Assembly: GCF_001194135.2 (NCBI RefSeq)
Contig: NC_068986.1
Span: 89,290,306-89,354,305, forward strand
DNA length: 64,000 bases
DNA from: Octopus bimaculoides
Taxonomy: Eukaryota
Reading direction: 5' to 3'
Under the pieces are notes generated by a model that saw nothing but the letters and a program-made list of their open reading frames with translations, was not told the DNA's origin and made no database searches. The translations under genes were made by a program, and so were the position numbers. This document shows positions 1 to 13,563 of this stretch, in pieces (the first letter of the stretch is position 1; every line of letters starts with the position of its first letter).

Positions 1-99
1 TATATATATATATACTTTTTGTGGACCAACGAGATTCGACTGTCTCAAGTATAACTGCCCGAAACAGTAACGACTTCTAGTATACTTCACTAATGAAAG

Positions 100-610
100 A
101 AGGCCACGAATGACCCACTTATGCCATGCTCACATGGTCTTAAAGGATCTGAATATGATCATCTCCAGGAAGACATTGAGAAATGAGGAAGAATCGGCAG
201 CACTGCCAGATTCCTATGGTAGTAGGAGACTTTCTTCATAGTGCCCCGTAAACCATCACGCTAAATTCTTATCTAATCTCTTCCTTAATGCTATGAGAAC
301 ACGAAAGATCTAACCTTCAGATGTAAAGGTATTTCTCGAAGAAGGTACACAGTTTGAGTATCTGTTCAGTATTACTTGTGACTTTACGGAACCTTATCTG
401 TTGTTCGGTTATATTTATTGCTTGAGGTCTTTCAGTGACTCATGCTTTGATATAGTTGCAGATTGTCTTTCTTAGGAAGCACTCGATCTTAGAGTCAGTC
501 TAACATGTGCTTGTTGAATTGTCTTATTGTACATGTTTGTATGTATGACTATTCTGGCCTCTCCAACGTGATTCCATACTTCAGTTGGAATGTTACCAAT
601 CCCTACAAAC
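100..610 (-). mobile_element. Degenerate RTE-clade LINE reverse-transcriptase remnant
   Basis: Minus-strand translation gives GIGNIPTEV..., ITEQQIRFRKVTSNTEQILKL..EKYL and FLNVFLEMI, which match RTE RT motifs. Many stops. Confidence 0.55.
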
Positions 611-796
611 TTTACCTATGAATTTTCTTGAATTATTAAATGACCGGTAGAATGAGTACGAAGTTTAAAAACATAAATACTGGGGTCCATTCGTTCGACT
701 AAAATTATTCAAGACGGTGCCTCTACATGGCCGCAGTCTAGTGCCTGAAATAAATAATATAAAAAGAATAAAGATTATCATTAGCTAACGCAGTAT

Positions 797-990
797 TCTT
801 TTCTACTCTAGCAACAAGGCCCGAAATTTTGGGGAAGGAGGCCATTCGATTAGATTGACTCCAGTACTCAACTGATACTTAATTTATCGATCCCGAAATG
901 AAAATTTGAACTCAGAATGTAAAGACAAACGAAATACCGTTAAGCATTTCGCCCGGCGTGCTAACGTTTCTGCCAGCTAGCCGCCTTGCT
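797..990 (-). mobile_element. Octopus-type SINE family 1 (head GGCGAGCTGGCAGAAACGTTAGCACGCCGGGCG)
   Basis: Reverse-complement match to the other copies in this window. Confidence 0.85.
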
Positions 991-1759
991 AACGTTTCTG
1001 CCAGCTCACCGCTTTGCGAACATAGTATTCTGTCAATGATTTTATCATCCAACTTTACATTTATTTACGTTTTCTTTCAATTTCATTTTATATTGTATCT
1101 TGAGCACGTTCCCTTATCTGTTGTAAATATTCACTCTATACTCTTTAATGTCCCCGTGCTTGTTCTAACGATTCGACCCTTGCTTCTCTTTACGTCATTG
1201 CTTATACTGTCTCATTATTTCTTTTGCTACCTTACATCGTCTGCCATCCATATTGTATAAACAAATATTAATTTTCAAGCGAGTAGACAATAAATAATTG
1301 AACGTGTGCGCATGCATTAAGTGATGGGTGATATAACAAAAAATTAATTCAATTAAATGTTAAAAATACACTTTTCACTTTCCACTCATCACCGCCATCT
1401 CCACCATTATCATGACCACCATCGCCATAGTTTTTAGTAACGAAGCTCAGTCAAAAGTGTTTGCCAAGCAAAATTATTTGCTTTCATTTCAGTTCATTTA
1501 TTTGTTTATACCTACTTCCTTGCTGTCAATACAAAGTTATTTCACTTACGTTGAAAAATCCATCTTTCTCTCATGTGTTTATCAATATCATTCTTTCTCC
1601 CGTCGACTCATCGATGTATTTGTGAATACGGGTAGATAAATCAATAGATCCACAGATAGAAGATATAGAAAATTGAATATCAAAATATTATTGTCTTGTT
1701 ATTCACAATAATACTTATATGATGTTTAAAATTTCCCTCAACGAAACACTTTATACCTT

Positions 1760-2342
1760 GCTCTCTCCCTCTCTTCTTCTCTCTACCTCCAGCTTCAATA
1801 AACCTTTTAAACATGCCATTCCCTCTTTCAAACCGTTATTGTTTCTCTCTCTCTCTTTTCACCTTTTACTTCCACATGACAGCTTAATGCATCGGTTAGA
1901 AATAATGCCACTACTCTCTCACCTCTCTCTCTTTTCTCTCCCAATCTATGTCTCCCTTTCTCTCTCCTTTCCCTTTCGTTTTCTCTCTTTATTTCCCCCC
2001 TTCTCTCTCTCTCTATCTGTCTGGCTCTCTCTCCTCTTGCTTTCCTTCTCTCCTTCATGCTGGCTCTTTCTTTCTTTCTCAATACTTCTCTCTCTCTCTC
2101 TCCTTCTCTCTCGTTTTGCCTTTTTTCATCCCCACCTTCCTGCTATACATTGTATTTCTTAGCCCTTTTTCGATAATCACTCCCTTCAACTAACTTTTTA
2201 ACTACGTAATAAATATTATGCTATCCGACCTCCCGTCATTGACACTTCTCTCTCCCTTTTTTTCTCTCTCTTCATCTTTCTTTCCGTCTTTCTCTCTCAC
2301 TCTTTGCTTCTCCTTTTTCTATCTCTCATTCTCCCGATCCCC

Positions 2343-2382
<40 letters not shown>

Positions 2383-2450
2383 CTTTCTCACTCTCTCTCT
2401 CTCTCTCTCGCTCTCTCTTCGAGTTTCCTTTCAACTAATCAGGTGACAGA
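1760..2450 (+). repeat. CT-rich low-complexity / (CT)n region
   Basis: Runs of CT and CTT. Confidence 0.9.
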
Positions 2451-2556
2451 GTAACGCATTTCGGACTTAGCGTATTAATGTAACATTCCCCGTATCTCAT
2501 GTTGTTGACACTTCTTTCTGCTTCTTTNNNNNNNNNNACCAATAGAAACAATAGTA

Positions 2557-2990
2557 AAAGGCGTCGAGCTGGCAGAAACGTTAGCACGCCGGGCGAAATG
2601 CTTAGCGGTATTTCGTCTGCCGTTACGTTCTGAGTTCAAATTCCGCCGAGGTCCACTTTGCCTTTCCTCCTTTCAGGGTCGATAAATTAAGTACCAGTTA
2701 CACACTGGGGTCAATGTAATCGACTTAATCCCTTTGTCTGTCCTTGTTTGTTCCCTCTATGTTTAGCCCCTCGTGGGCAATAAAGAAATAAGAAACAATA
2801 GTAGATGTTGTAGTACTGGTACTGTCAACTGAAACAATATTAGTTCAGGTACAAATTCCGCCGAGGTCGACTTTGCCTTTCATCCTTTCGGGGTCGATAA
2901 ATTAAGTACCAATTGCGTACTAATCGAAGTACTAATCGAAAGGGCCCCCTCCCCCAAAATGTTAGGCCTTGTGCCTAGTGTAGAAAAGAA
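2557..2990 (+). mobile_element. SINE family 1, one full and one partial copy
   Basis: Shared head and core TCTGAGTTCAAATTCCGCCGAGGTCGACTTTGCCTTTCATCC. Confidence 0.9.
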
Positions 2991-3135
2991 TATTAATTCA
3001 GGTAACCATAGTAACACAAATAGTGGTGATGGTAGTTATTTTCTAAATATACATTGAACTAGAACTCATTGTATTAGTAAAGTAGCAAGTTGTTAAAGTA
3101 TCAGTCATCACTTGCCTCTCTGTCTTTTGATTTAG

Positions 3136-3218
3136 CTGCACACAATCCAAGATCGATGCATGACAACTATAAAACGGAAGGGAATGAAGGAGCGATTAAC
3201 ATTCCTACCATTGTTTGT
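3136..3218 (+). other. Candidate upstream exon (5' UTR or alternative start MKERLTFLPLFV)
   Basis: Polypyrimidine tract + TTTAG acceptor at 3135 and GTAAGC donor at 3219. How it joins the downstream exons is unresolved. Confidence 0.35.
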
Positions 3219-3793
3219 GTAAGCGCGTGAACACATAGTCGTACTAATTCTGATGTAAATAAAGACTACGCAGCTATCCATCCCAGTGGCTTTAATAATA
3301 GTACGGTTAATGCTGAAACAGTTTGAATAACCCCGTTAATTCAGGGTTTATAATCAACACTCTCTAGTATACTGTAGTTTAGAAATAACAATACTAATCG
3401 CCAGTCGCCCCCAAAATTATGTATTACAATTTCATTTCAATAACGCTTGTTTAACTTATAACATTGTATATAAATCTAATGTAACGATTGATATGAATAA
3501 TTTTAACTATATAGGCCCGACCAGTTGTAACTTCAGAAGAAGTTTGTTTAATCACTGATTTTCTTTACAAATCGTGCTAAGGCCTGTGTTACGTCACTGA
3601 CAGAGAAGGTGTGAGAGTTGAATGATAAAAACTTTTAATTCAATAAACATCCGGAGCAATATATGGAAAACATCACTATACTCAAATAATAGATATAGGT
3701 GTACCTTTTAGTGTACTGAATTGTGTAGGATCCTTAAAATGCAAGATAGCGTTCCCAACAAAGCAAGGGAGATAAGGTTATGCTGCTTACATA

Positions 3794-3890
3794 ATGTCGA
3801 CATGCATTAGCATACTTCAAGCGTATTACATAATATGGATACATTTCCTATATAATATCTATCCATACTTACTTTTTTGGATGTTGTTGT
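3794..3890 (+). CDS. Leader exon 1: MSTCISILQAYYIIWIHFLYNIYPYLLFWMLL (hydrophobic signal/anchor)
   Basis: ATG with A at -3, in-frame upstream TAA at 3773-3775, phase-1 GTAAGA donor at 3891 in frame with all downstream exons. Confidence 0.6.
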
Positions 3891-3965
3891 GTAAGAATTA
3901 ATTGAAAATTATTACCCTGTCGTTTATACCTCGTAATTAGAAATTAACTATGTCTTCATTTTCAG

Positions 3966-4004
3966 TAATGGGAATTTTACATGCTCCACCGCATCAGTTT
4001 ACAG
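3966..4004 (+). CDS. Leader exon 2: (L)MGILHAPPHQFT
   Basis: TTTTCAG acceptor, GTATGG donor, 39 nt, phase 1-1. LHA|PP resembles a signal-peptidase site. Confidence 0.7.
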
Positions 4005-4064
4005 GTATGGTTCCTTTTTTCATTTTTATTTTATATTTTGGTTTATCAATTATTTGTTATTTAT

Positions 4065-4498
4065 TCTTTTCTACTCTAGGCACAAGGCCCGAAATATTCG
4101 GAGAGGGGGGGGCCAGTCGATTAGATCGACCCCAGTACACAACTGGTACTTAATTTATCGATCCCGAAAGGATGAAAGGCAAAGTCGACCTCGGCAGAAC
4201 TTGAACTCAGAACATAAAGACAGACGAATTACCGCTAAGCATTTCGGCCGGCGTGCTAACGTTTCTTATTTCTTTATTTCCCACAAGGGGCTAAACATAC
4301 AGGGGACAAACAAGGACGGAGAAAGGAATGAAGTCGATTACATCTATCCCAGTGCGTAACTGGTACTTAATTTATCGACCCCGAGAGGATGAAAAGCAAA
4401 GTCGACCTCGGCGGAAATTGAACTCAGAACGTAGCGGCAGACGAAATACCGCTAAGCATTTCGCCCGGCGTGCTAACGATTCTGCCAGCTCGCCGCCT
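4065..4498 (-). mobile_element. SINE family 1, two tandem copies
   Basis: Reverse-complement of the family core occurs twice. Confidence 0.9.
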
Positions 4499-5175
4499 TA
4501 CGATCTGTTATTTATTGTTTTATCTATTATTTGTTATTTATTGTTTATAATTTGTTATTTATTTTATCCCGTTTTTTTTTTTTCGTTGATCGATATATTT
4601 ACTTTTGTTTCATTTTACTCGAGGTTACATTGTTACGATTATATCTTTATATTATACAGCACTATTTACAGTGTACATGGAAAATATAAATAAATGTGTG
4701 TATATATGAGAATGCTGACATGTCTGTGTGTGTGTATGCGTTTATGTCTCTGTGCATGTATGTGTGTGCGTGTGTACTTATATATATGCGACTATATGTA
4801 TGTATATATACATATGTGATAGCATGTATATATATTATTAATACTTAGATTAGTTGCAAACAGGTATGGATGCGCTTGCTGGGCACAAAGGCATATTATT
4901 CGGGTGAGGATGAAGTTTTCTAAAGATAAGTGTGCATATTGTAAACGAGCGTTTACGTATTTATACAAATAAATAAAATTGAATTTGTTGATATGATTAG
5001 AGTCATCGAAGAGGCATCCAGCTACAGAATCGGTAGAACATTAAGGAATGCTTTACGGTATTTGTGGAGGGTTTTAAGGAACAAAAATTCAGAATAGAAT
5101 TAACTGTTTTAATCTATGTTGCATTGTGTTAGATGTCTGGAAGCGCTTAAAAATAATATTATGTCAAATTTCTAG

Positions 5176-5263
5176 GAGATTCATTGGGGAGCAACTGCAC
5201 TGAAGCATTCGATTCAAGATGTCCTAGTATAAAAAACATGTCCATGATTTCTGGCCACTGCAA
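5176..5263 (+). CDS. Module 1 exon A: GDSLGSNCTEAFDSRCPSIKNMSMISGHCK
   Basis: TTCTAG/GTACAT, 88 nt, phase 1 to 2, three Cys. Confidence 0.88.
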
Positions 5264-5782
5264 GTACATATACTTTCTTACTTCTCTTACAGTAATTTTA
5301 AATCTAATATTTACATATTTATATGTATATATCTGAAGTAATATCATCATCTGTTTCGTGCTATTATTTCTTAAGCTGGCACAGTAGTTACTCGGAGTGT
5401 AACTTTCAAATAGGGTACGGTTGTTGAGTGATACAATACCGGACTGGTATGATAATAACTGATGTAATAATAGGGAAATTGACCACATTTTGTTGGATGA
5501 TTATTTAGTATACAGCTGATTTCCAACATAGTACGAGTCATGTCCTCAATCTACCGTTCACCAATCTTCATTAGAAATTATCAAACTAATTCCGGAAAAC
5601 AGAAAGGAAAATTAGACAGGGTTAAAGTGTGCACTCAGAACGTAAGCATTGATGTTCGGCCAGATATTTTAAGCACCCTGGTGCGATGTAAACTCACTTT
5701 ATAAGTAATCCAGAATATTTCAACTATGCTAATCATTTCTACAATTCTGAAAAAATGTTCATTGATATAATTCGTATTTCAG

Positions 5783-5868
5783 ACGTTTGCTCGCATATCA
5801 AAGATGTGGTCATCCAGATGAGGAATGCAAAGGTTATTTCGAAAAAACATTTAACGTTGAATGTTGTG
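5783..5868 (+). CDS. Module 1 exon B: RLLAYQRCGHPDEECKGYFEKTFNVECC
   Basis: TTTCAG/GTAAGA, 86 nt, phase 2 to 1. Confidence 0.9.
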
Positions 5869-6531
5869 GTAAGAATTTTTTTTTTAATTTCTTTTTGAAA
5901 TATTGTGAACAAACTACTTTCGAAATAAAAAAGATTGTGACTTTCTATTCAGAAGCGTTTATTGCCCACGTATAACCTTCATATTAACATGGTATAGTCG
6001 CGGTGATATCGTGGGAAGCTGTGCACCAATCTATTCAATATTGATGGATTCTGTTGCATTATTCTTTTCTAACTTTCCAATATCATTTTGCTGTCCACTC
6101 ATCTTTTTCTCTCTGCATTTTTCTGCATTTTCTTCACCATAATTCCTTGAAGAGTAGTCTTTAAAGCTAGTGGATCTCATCGCTTACTATACAGTCTCAG
6201 TTGCCTTTTCTTCCGTGTGTAAGGAGCAATTCACGTCAAACAACATGATATTGGAGGGCTTCGCTGTTTGCTCGTTTGGATGTAGCTCAAGTACAAGATA
6301 TGAAAGCTTAGTAAATTCTACTTCAATACAGAGATACCAGAAAATATTATTCTATGTCCGTCATACGTATGAGCACATAGAGTGTATGTGCATTCACCGG
6401 AGTCTGATGTAGTAGCTGAAAGATACGTTTCTGATCTTTTGCTATTCATTTTAGTTTAGTCTGTACAGTCTTTCAGAATGAGGTTCTACGAATACTAATT
6501 CTGTCCACGGTTTTACAGCATGTATCACTGA

Positions 6532-6574
<43 letters not shown>

Positions 6575-6576
<2 letters not shown>

Positions 6577-7752
6577 CACCAATGAACTTTGCATCCATGG
6601 AGTTGGACCGAGCTAGTCAAGGAACACAACCTGGCACAAAAATCAACAAGCGAATGTCTGAGGCTCCGAATCCCGCTTCTCAACAACACCTACCTCTCGC
6701 TACTTACAGTCTGTGCTCCACGTCTAGACACATATGACTCTCTCAACGCTACCTTCCGAGCCGTTCCATGAAACGATAAACTGATCGTTCTTGGCGACCT
6801 CAATGCTAGAGCCGGTCACGGTCACCATCTCTGTCAAGGCATCCTCGGCAAATACAGGATTGGAAACCACAGGGCTAATGGGCTCTGTGCGGGAAAAACG
6901 ACCTGAACACTTAACATGACGCTATAACATTTACTGCAGACGAGGTCATCGGCTACGCAAAGCACCAGAACCAAGACTGGTTCGCTGAAAAGAGTGAAGC
7001 GATCGAACATTTGATCAATAAGAAAAGAGTAGCGCGTGTTGCTTTCGAAAACCACCTAACGAGAAGCAACAAGAAATGCAGAAGTGCCAAAGGTGCTTCA
7101 AGAAAATCCAGAACTTCTGGTGGCAAGCAAAAGCTGCTGAAATCCAGGCTACCAAAGAGACATGCGTTGCTTTTATGTAGAGACCAAGATTTTCGGCCCT
7201 GTTAGTACGTCTACTGCTGCCTTGAAAGCTGTCGATAGCTGAAACCTTACCAGAGAAGATATCATGCAACATTGGAGAGAACATTTCCATCTCCTGAAAA
7301 ACCATTCTCAAACTTCAGTTGGCCCCTTGAGAAACACTCCCAATAGACCTATCAAACTATCGACATCCCATCTTCCATCCTTCCACAAATTCATGAAAGT
7401 CATAAAACGAATGGAACCTGGAAAAGCTCCCGGTTCAGACAACATCCCATACGGTGGGTACGGATTGGGATTCAAGCTGTTCTACCTGATACTGCAAATA
7501 TGGGACACTAAGACCTTTTCGGATAACTTCAAAAACGCAAATATCATTACCATCATCAAGAAAGGAGATCAGTCAGTCTACTCAAATACCGCGGTTGTTT
7601 CCCTGCTTAGCATTGCAGGCAAGAATTTCTTTCCTTCAAGTCAACATCAGCACTCACGCCTGGGAAACAGAAGCCGCCGACCGTCTATCCTGGCGAAGAG
7701 CAATTCATTTCAACTGTCCCATTTTCGAGAAAAGAAGAAAGGCTGAAGAAGC

Positions 7753-7786
<34 letters not shown>

Positions 7787-7900
7787 GTAAAGAAAGGAGC
7801 GCAAGGTCCTGTAACTACAGCCAAGACGACCACCTGCCCTGTCATGCGATTAATGCCCGCGACTGTTCCATGTTTGACCTGGCCTTCTGAGCCATGGCAG
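6575..7900 (+). mobile_element. RTE (BovB-like) LINE remnant, endonuclease and RT fragments
   Basis: TVCAP...DKLIVLGDLNARAG...GILGKYRIG (APE) and GKAPGSDNIP...NANIITIIKKGD..SLLSIAGK (RT). Confidence 0.85.
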
Positions 7901-8501
7901 AATTAAGCATCATGGAAGCACCAGACGAACCAAATTCGAACACGNNNNNNNNNNATATATATATATATATATAATTGAATGAGCTGGAGTCATCAAGGAG
8001 AAGTGCAGTTGGACCATATATTTGTAATCACTACAATTGTTTTCACGCAACTTAGTTCTCCAGGTTCGGAGGTATTTGGTTTCGTGACAATTTCTCTGCA
8101 TTATGTGATCTAATTGTGCTTCCTCAGGTGATATAAGTATTGGTTTCGTAACCTCAAATTCTCAGCTTCAAGCTCATCCTTTCTGCCTATCACTAAGTGT
8201 ATCAAAAAATGTGGTGTGCGTGAAAGTCTGTTGATAAACTGCTTTGACTGTATGGATGGAGTAGGACAGTAGCTATGATGTTGATGTTGATATTGAAGGG
8301 AGTGTTATTTTTTTTTATTTGCGATGTTAATTTATTCTTTGTGGTTGGTTACACTTGCTATTGTCCTTGGCTGACCTTCAAGACTTCACTGGTCAATCAG
8401 TTAATAAGCTTGCATGTACAAACACATCGTTCTGTATATATCTACATGTATACGCACCCATACATGCAAGTTCCTACACACATATACATTTATATTTTGA
8501 C

Positions 8502-8730
8502 ACGGCGGCGAGCTGGCAGAAACGTTAGCACGCCGGGCGAAATGCTTAGCGGTGTTTCGTCTGCCGCTCGTTCTGAGTTCAAATTACGCCGTGGTCGACT
8601 TTGCCTTTCATCCTTTCGGGGTCGATTAAATAAGTACCAGTTACGCACTGGGGTCGATATAATCGACTTAATCCGCTTGTCTGTCCTTGTTTGTCCCCTC
8701 TGTGTGTAGCCCCTTGTGGGTAGTAAAGAA
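8502..8730 (+). mobile_element. SINE family 1
   Basis: Near-identical to 2557-2791. Confidence 0.9.
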
Positions 8731-9936
8731 ATAACACACATATACATTTATATACGTACTCGTGCTTGGACACACATATATATTTACATATATATTACAT
8801 ATTAAACATGCAAGGATTGTATGATAGTGTACATACATTCTGAATTGGTGTCTGTTAGAATACTGCCTCTCGAATACCGCCAGTCTCGAATATGTTCAGA
8901 AGGGATTGTCTTGATATCTATGTGACTCGTGTAGTATACAAATTTATGACTGGTGACGTAACTTAGATGTTGTTTTGGAATGGGTCACCCCGTATGTTTT
9001 TTGAAATATAAAGAAACCTTATATACGTATGATTTTAAAACATTCGGTGATAGGACGTATCTTTGTACTACTGTGCTCAGGAAGAGAATCATTAAAACTA
9101 TTTCGATATACAAAAATAAATAGGATTCTCAAACCGATAGATAGTTTACCATCGAGCGTTTCAAGTTTTTTTTTTCTTATTCACAGAAATGTATAGGATT
9201 TTGTTAAAAAAAGTCAACAGATGTTTTGCGATGTCAATTAGAATTAATTGGAACGTAGGTTTCATTTGTAATGTTTGTGAATGTTAATAATGTTTATACA
9301 GCATAAATATATATCCGATTGTTAAGATACTGTGGAGAGTTCATCACTATCAGTGTCATAATCAGTCACTCTTTAATAAACACGATCCACATATCAACAT
9401 CAGACAATACAAATACAACTACTAAGCAAATATGGCACATCTTTTCAGGCACTTCTCCAAAAGAAAGATCTTAGTTTCACTCAGAAGGCAAAATCATACG
9501 CGTCATACACCAACATCCTGAATCTTACATGACACTCTCGTACACTGTGCTTCCTGCATGGCACCGTGAACCAATAAATATATTCTAAAATACTAAAAAA
9601 TGGCAAAGGAGTTATGTCAATCGATATATACTTTTCAAAACTCGAAATTTTTACATATTCATAGCATCAAATATGACACCAAAAACTAGAGAAAATCCAG
9701 CATGATAATATTTATATTTTTCATTTTATATTTTTTGTTAAATATAAATGAAAAGCAATTACTGCCACGTTGTCTCCATGCAAAATATCATAAAATCTAC
9801 TTAAAAGCAGAAACTTATCCCTGCTGTCGATAATATATGGATTACAGAGAATAATTAAATATTGCAATCTAAATGCCTCGTGTAATATGTTAACGATATT
9901 GAAGAGCTTAAATTATATATTTTACTAAATTTCTAG

Positions 9937-10036
9937 GTCGTACAAAGTTAGAAAACTGCTTACAAAAGGCTCAACACACATGTAAACATGCTTTAATTCT
10001 TCATCCTATAAGTAAACCCGATAAGCATTATTGCAG
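9937..10036 (+). CDS. Module 2 exon A: GRTKLENCLQKAQHTCKHALILHPISKPDKHYCR
   Basis: TTCTAG/GTAGAT, 100 nt, C-x7-C-x16-C. Confidence 0.88.
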
Positions 10037-10402
10037 GTAGATACAATTTCTTTCTATTGTTACTGCATGTAATATTCACGTATTTTATATAACTACAGAC
10101 GTAATATATTTTCAACAGTTACTTACATCTGTAAGCACAGCTGTTTGTTTGTTTCGACGTTTCATCACTGTTACTCACAGAACTTTTAGCCGAATTTCAT
10201 ATGGAAATCCGAGACAAAACATGGAGAAAAATTTGTAAAAACGTTCTGGAGTTGTTGTTAGCACAAATCTTCGATTTAAATCGACACGACGTTCGATTCC
10301 TGAAAAGGGGATGCTACAGCTCTTCTCTATCTTCTATATCAGATAAAGTGGATCTGTCCGGCGTCACCCAGATTTCAACTAATCTTCTATTCCTTTATTC
10401 AT

Positions 10403-11225
10403 TTACTTGTTTGTCATTTGACTGCGGCCATGCTGGAGCACCACCTTTAGTCGAACAAATTGACCCCAGTACTTATTCTTTGTAAGTCTAGTACTTATTC
10501 TATTGGTTTCTTTTGCCGAACCACTAAGTTATGGGAACGTAAACACACCAACATCGGTTGTCAAGCGATGGTGGCGAGGCAAACACAGACACAAACATAT
10601 ACTCTTACTCTCTTTTACTCTTTTACTTGTTTCAGTCATTTGACTGTGACCATGCTGGAGCACTGACTTTAGTCGAGCAAATAGACCCCAGAACCTATTC
10701 TTTGTAAGCCTAGTACATATTCTATCGGTCTCTTTTGCCTAACTGCTAAGTTACGGAAACATAAACACACCAGCATCGGTTATCAAGCGATGTTGGGGGG
10801 ACAAACACAAACACATAAACATATACACACACATATATATATGTACATACATACGACGGGCTTCTTTCAGTTTCCGTCTACCAAATCCACTCACAAGGCT
10901 TTGGTCGACCCAAGGCTATAGTAGAAGACACTTGCCCAAGGTCCTACGCAGTGGGACTGAACCCGGAACCATGTGGTTCGTAAGCAAGCTACTTACCACG
11001 CAGCCACTCCTGCGCCTATATATATATGTGTTGCGTGTGTGTGTGTGTATACATATATATATATATATACGACGGGCTTTTTTCAGTTTCCATCTACACT
11101 CACATGTCTTTTGTCGGCCTGAGGCTATAGTAGAAGACACTTGCCCAAGGTGCCATGCTGTGGGACTGAACCTGGAATTATGTAGTTGGTTAGCATGCTA
11201 CTTACCACACAGCCACTCCTGCGAG
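10403..11225 (-). mobile_element. Cluster of SINE family 2 copies (head GGCGCAGGAGTGGCTGTGTGGTAAG)
   Basis: Reverse-complement matches to 32266-32685, including the internal (TA)n. Confidence 0.9.
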
Positions 11226-11539
11226 AAACTTTTGGTGAACTTATCTTAGAATTAGGGATCAAAGTCACGGGTTAGAGTGTCGGATTAAAATTAGGGTTGA
11301 AACAGTCGAACACGCATCAGTCTTTTAAAAATATAACTCGCACCTCGTCAATTATTTATTTGACTAAGCGCGCATGTATCACAGAAAAATTAAATGCTGC
11401 ACAAATTTTGCCTCAGAATGTAAAACATTGTAAATGTTACCAGATATTTTAAAGTGGTACCTAGTTTAGAAACACTAGTTGGATATAATCACCTCAGTTA
11501 TTTATTAAATGATGATATTTATTTTGCTTCACCTTCCAG

Positions 11540-11631
11540 ACGCTTGCTCGTATATGCGACATGTGCTTCTGCAATCAAAAACTATGAATGCAAAAGTTAC
11601 TTCTCTAATCTGTATTTCGGTGAATGTAAAG
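11540..11631 (+). CDS. Module 2 exon B: RLLVYATCASAIKNYECKSYFSNLYFGECK
   Basis: TTCCAG/GTAAGA, 92 nt, C-x8-C-x11-C. Confidence 0.9.
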
Positions 11632-11829
11632 GTAAGATATTTTATTATTAACGCAAGTCTTGAATTCAGAAATTAATTTTATGTTATCAAGGAAATATAC
11701 TCGAAAAATAAATTACTTTTCTGATGTTATGTAATGAGTTCATACCCAATTAATGTAGAATATTTTTAACATTTAGATTTTTAAATAAGAAACCTGTTTT
11801 TTTTTGTTTTTGTTTTTTTTGGTGTGGTG

Positions 11830-12660
11830 CCTTTGAAAATATTGTTTGCCTTGAGCCGTAGTCCACCATCATACACAAGTCTCATCTATCTTGATATCTT
11901 TGTCCCATTGACTTAATGACTTGATAGAAACGTTCTCACTGTTCATCACTTGTATCACCAATACTTTCAAGGAATTTATAAAGGTGACAGGGGAGATACT
12001 CCAGATATTTGTTCGTATTTGCTCGCAACTTTTAAAAGTTCTCTAGCATGTTGTCGACTATTTCGGCATAGTTGATTGCTTTCTTGTTCCAAGAAAATCT
12101 TTTCCAACTATTACAAATGGATTCGATGCTGATGCTTCCCAGTATTTCATTGAATGAACAAAGTTCCCATCAATCATCAATTTTTAAATCTGAGGTCGAG
12201 CAAATGCATCGACTTTATCTTTTCACTGCCCAGACGAGGAAATATGCGCCAGAGATACTAAAAGCGTGTTCCATCTTTATTCGGAGCATAAACAAACTGT
12301 TTCATTATTCCAAGTTGAATATGATGTGGTTGTAGAATCATTTTCCCCCAGCAGAAATAAAGGCTCTTCAACCACTCTCACTGCAGCCATTCTTTGATCA
12401 CCCGATGTTTTCCCTAGCTCTACTGTCCGACATGCACAAAAAACGTGGATATGTTGTTGCACCAGGAGAAAATTAAGGAAATCAAAGTCCACGCATATCA
12501 CCCACTAATGATTGTGGAGATTGGGTAGCTTGAAATATAGACGTGAGTGACAAAATGGTCTCAGCGTATCAAAAGACATTCAAATCAGATAAAATCGTCC
12601 TGACAAGAAAGTACCCGTCAGTTTGTGTTATTGATGTCTATCGACATAGTTTTATACGTA
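11830..12660 (-). mobile_element. Highly decayed L1/Tx1-like LINE fragment
   Basis: Minus-strand fragments GRFYLI and TIISGVICVDFD resemble APE motifs. No intact frame. Confidence 0.3.
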
Positions 12661-13286
12661 CTTACTTCAAAATCTCATGAAGTAGATATTGTAAGTAATG
12701 CAGCATTTCAAATAAAACATGAAAATATTAAGTGTAAAAGAATTAAGACCCTTAAACCTTAATTGAACCGCAAAAATAACGATTGTAGTAACAGAATCCA
12801 AGAAATATGCTAAAGGCAAAAAAAACTCTCCATACAGAAGGAAACCAGACTTCTGACTTGCAACAGCGGTCTTCATAAAGTGCGTTTTAAACCACGTCGA
12901 ATTTCGTAAAACGAAACGATTATTGATTTATTAATTATTAATTTATCGACATAGGTATATTACGAGAATTTCTAGATATTTGGCACCAGCTTTGCGAAAA
13001 ATTAACACTACTCACAAATTTTTCTATCAACACTGAAAATATCATTAGAATCATTTACATGTTTAAACATTCAATACTCCAAAATGCAAAAAATAATTTA
13101 AAAAGGTGTTGTTTTAATACTATTTTAAAACTATACACAACCCTATTGGTCGCCATGCAAAACAAATTCTCCAAATATTATAAATAATTTCTCTATTTTA
13201 TAATCAACCGATGTAGTTAAAATAAATACCATTGCTTCTAATGATATGAGGATTTAACCGCTGTTGCAATATTCCATCTTTTTTGT

Positions 13287-13498
13287 TAAGGCGGAACGCT
13301 AGCAGAAACGCTAGCACGCCGGGCGAAATGTTTACCGGTATTCCGTCTGTCTTTACGCTCTGAGTTCAAATTCTGCCGCGGCCGACATTGCCTTTCGTCC
13401 TTTCGGGGACGATAACTTAAGTACCAGTTGCGTAGTGGGGTCGATCTAATCGACTATCCCACCCCCAAAAAATTTCGAGCCTTGTTCTAGAGTAGAAA
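13287..13498 (+). mobile_element. SINE family 1, just upstream of module 3 exon A
   Basis: Family head and core. Confidence 0.85.
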
Positions 13499-13563
13499 AT
13501 AATACTTCATCTTTTTTGTAAGAATATTTCAAAAATTAAAGATAAAACCTTTTAATTTTGTAG

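Noticed and set aside
1719-2454. Leu/Ser/Phe-rich and Arg/Glu-rich ORFs
   Set aside because: Artefacts of CT-rich low-complexity sequence
10099-10130. AG/GTAAGC-bounded 32-nt phase 2-to-1 mini-exon after A2
   Set aside because: No cysteines, no counterpart in paralogous introns, and a weak pyrimidine tract
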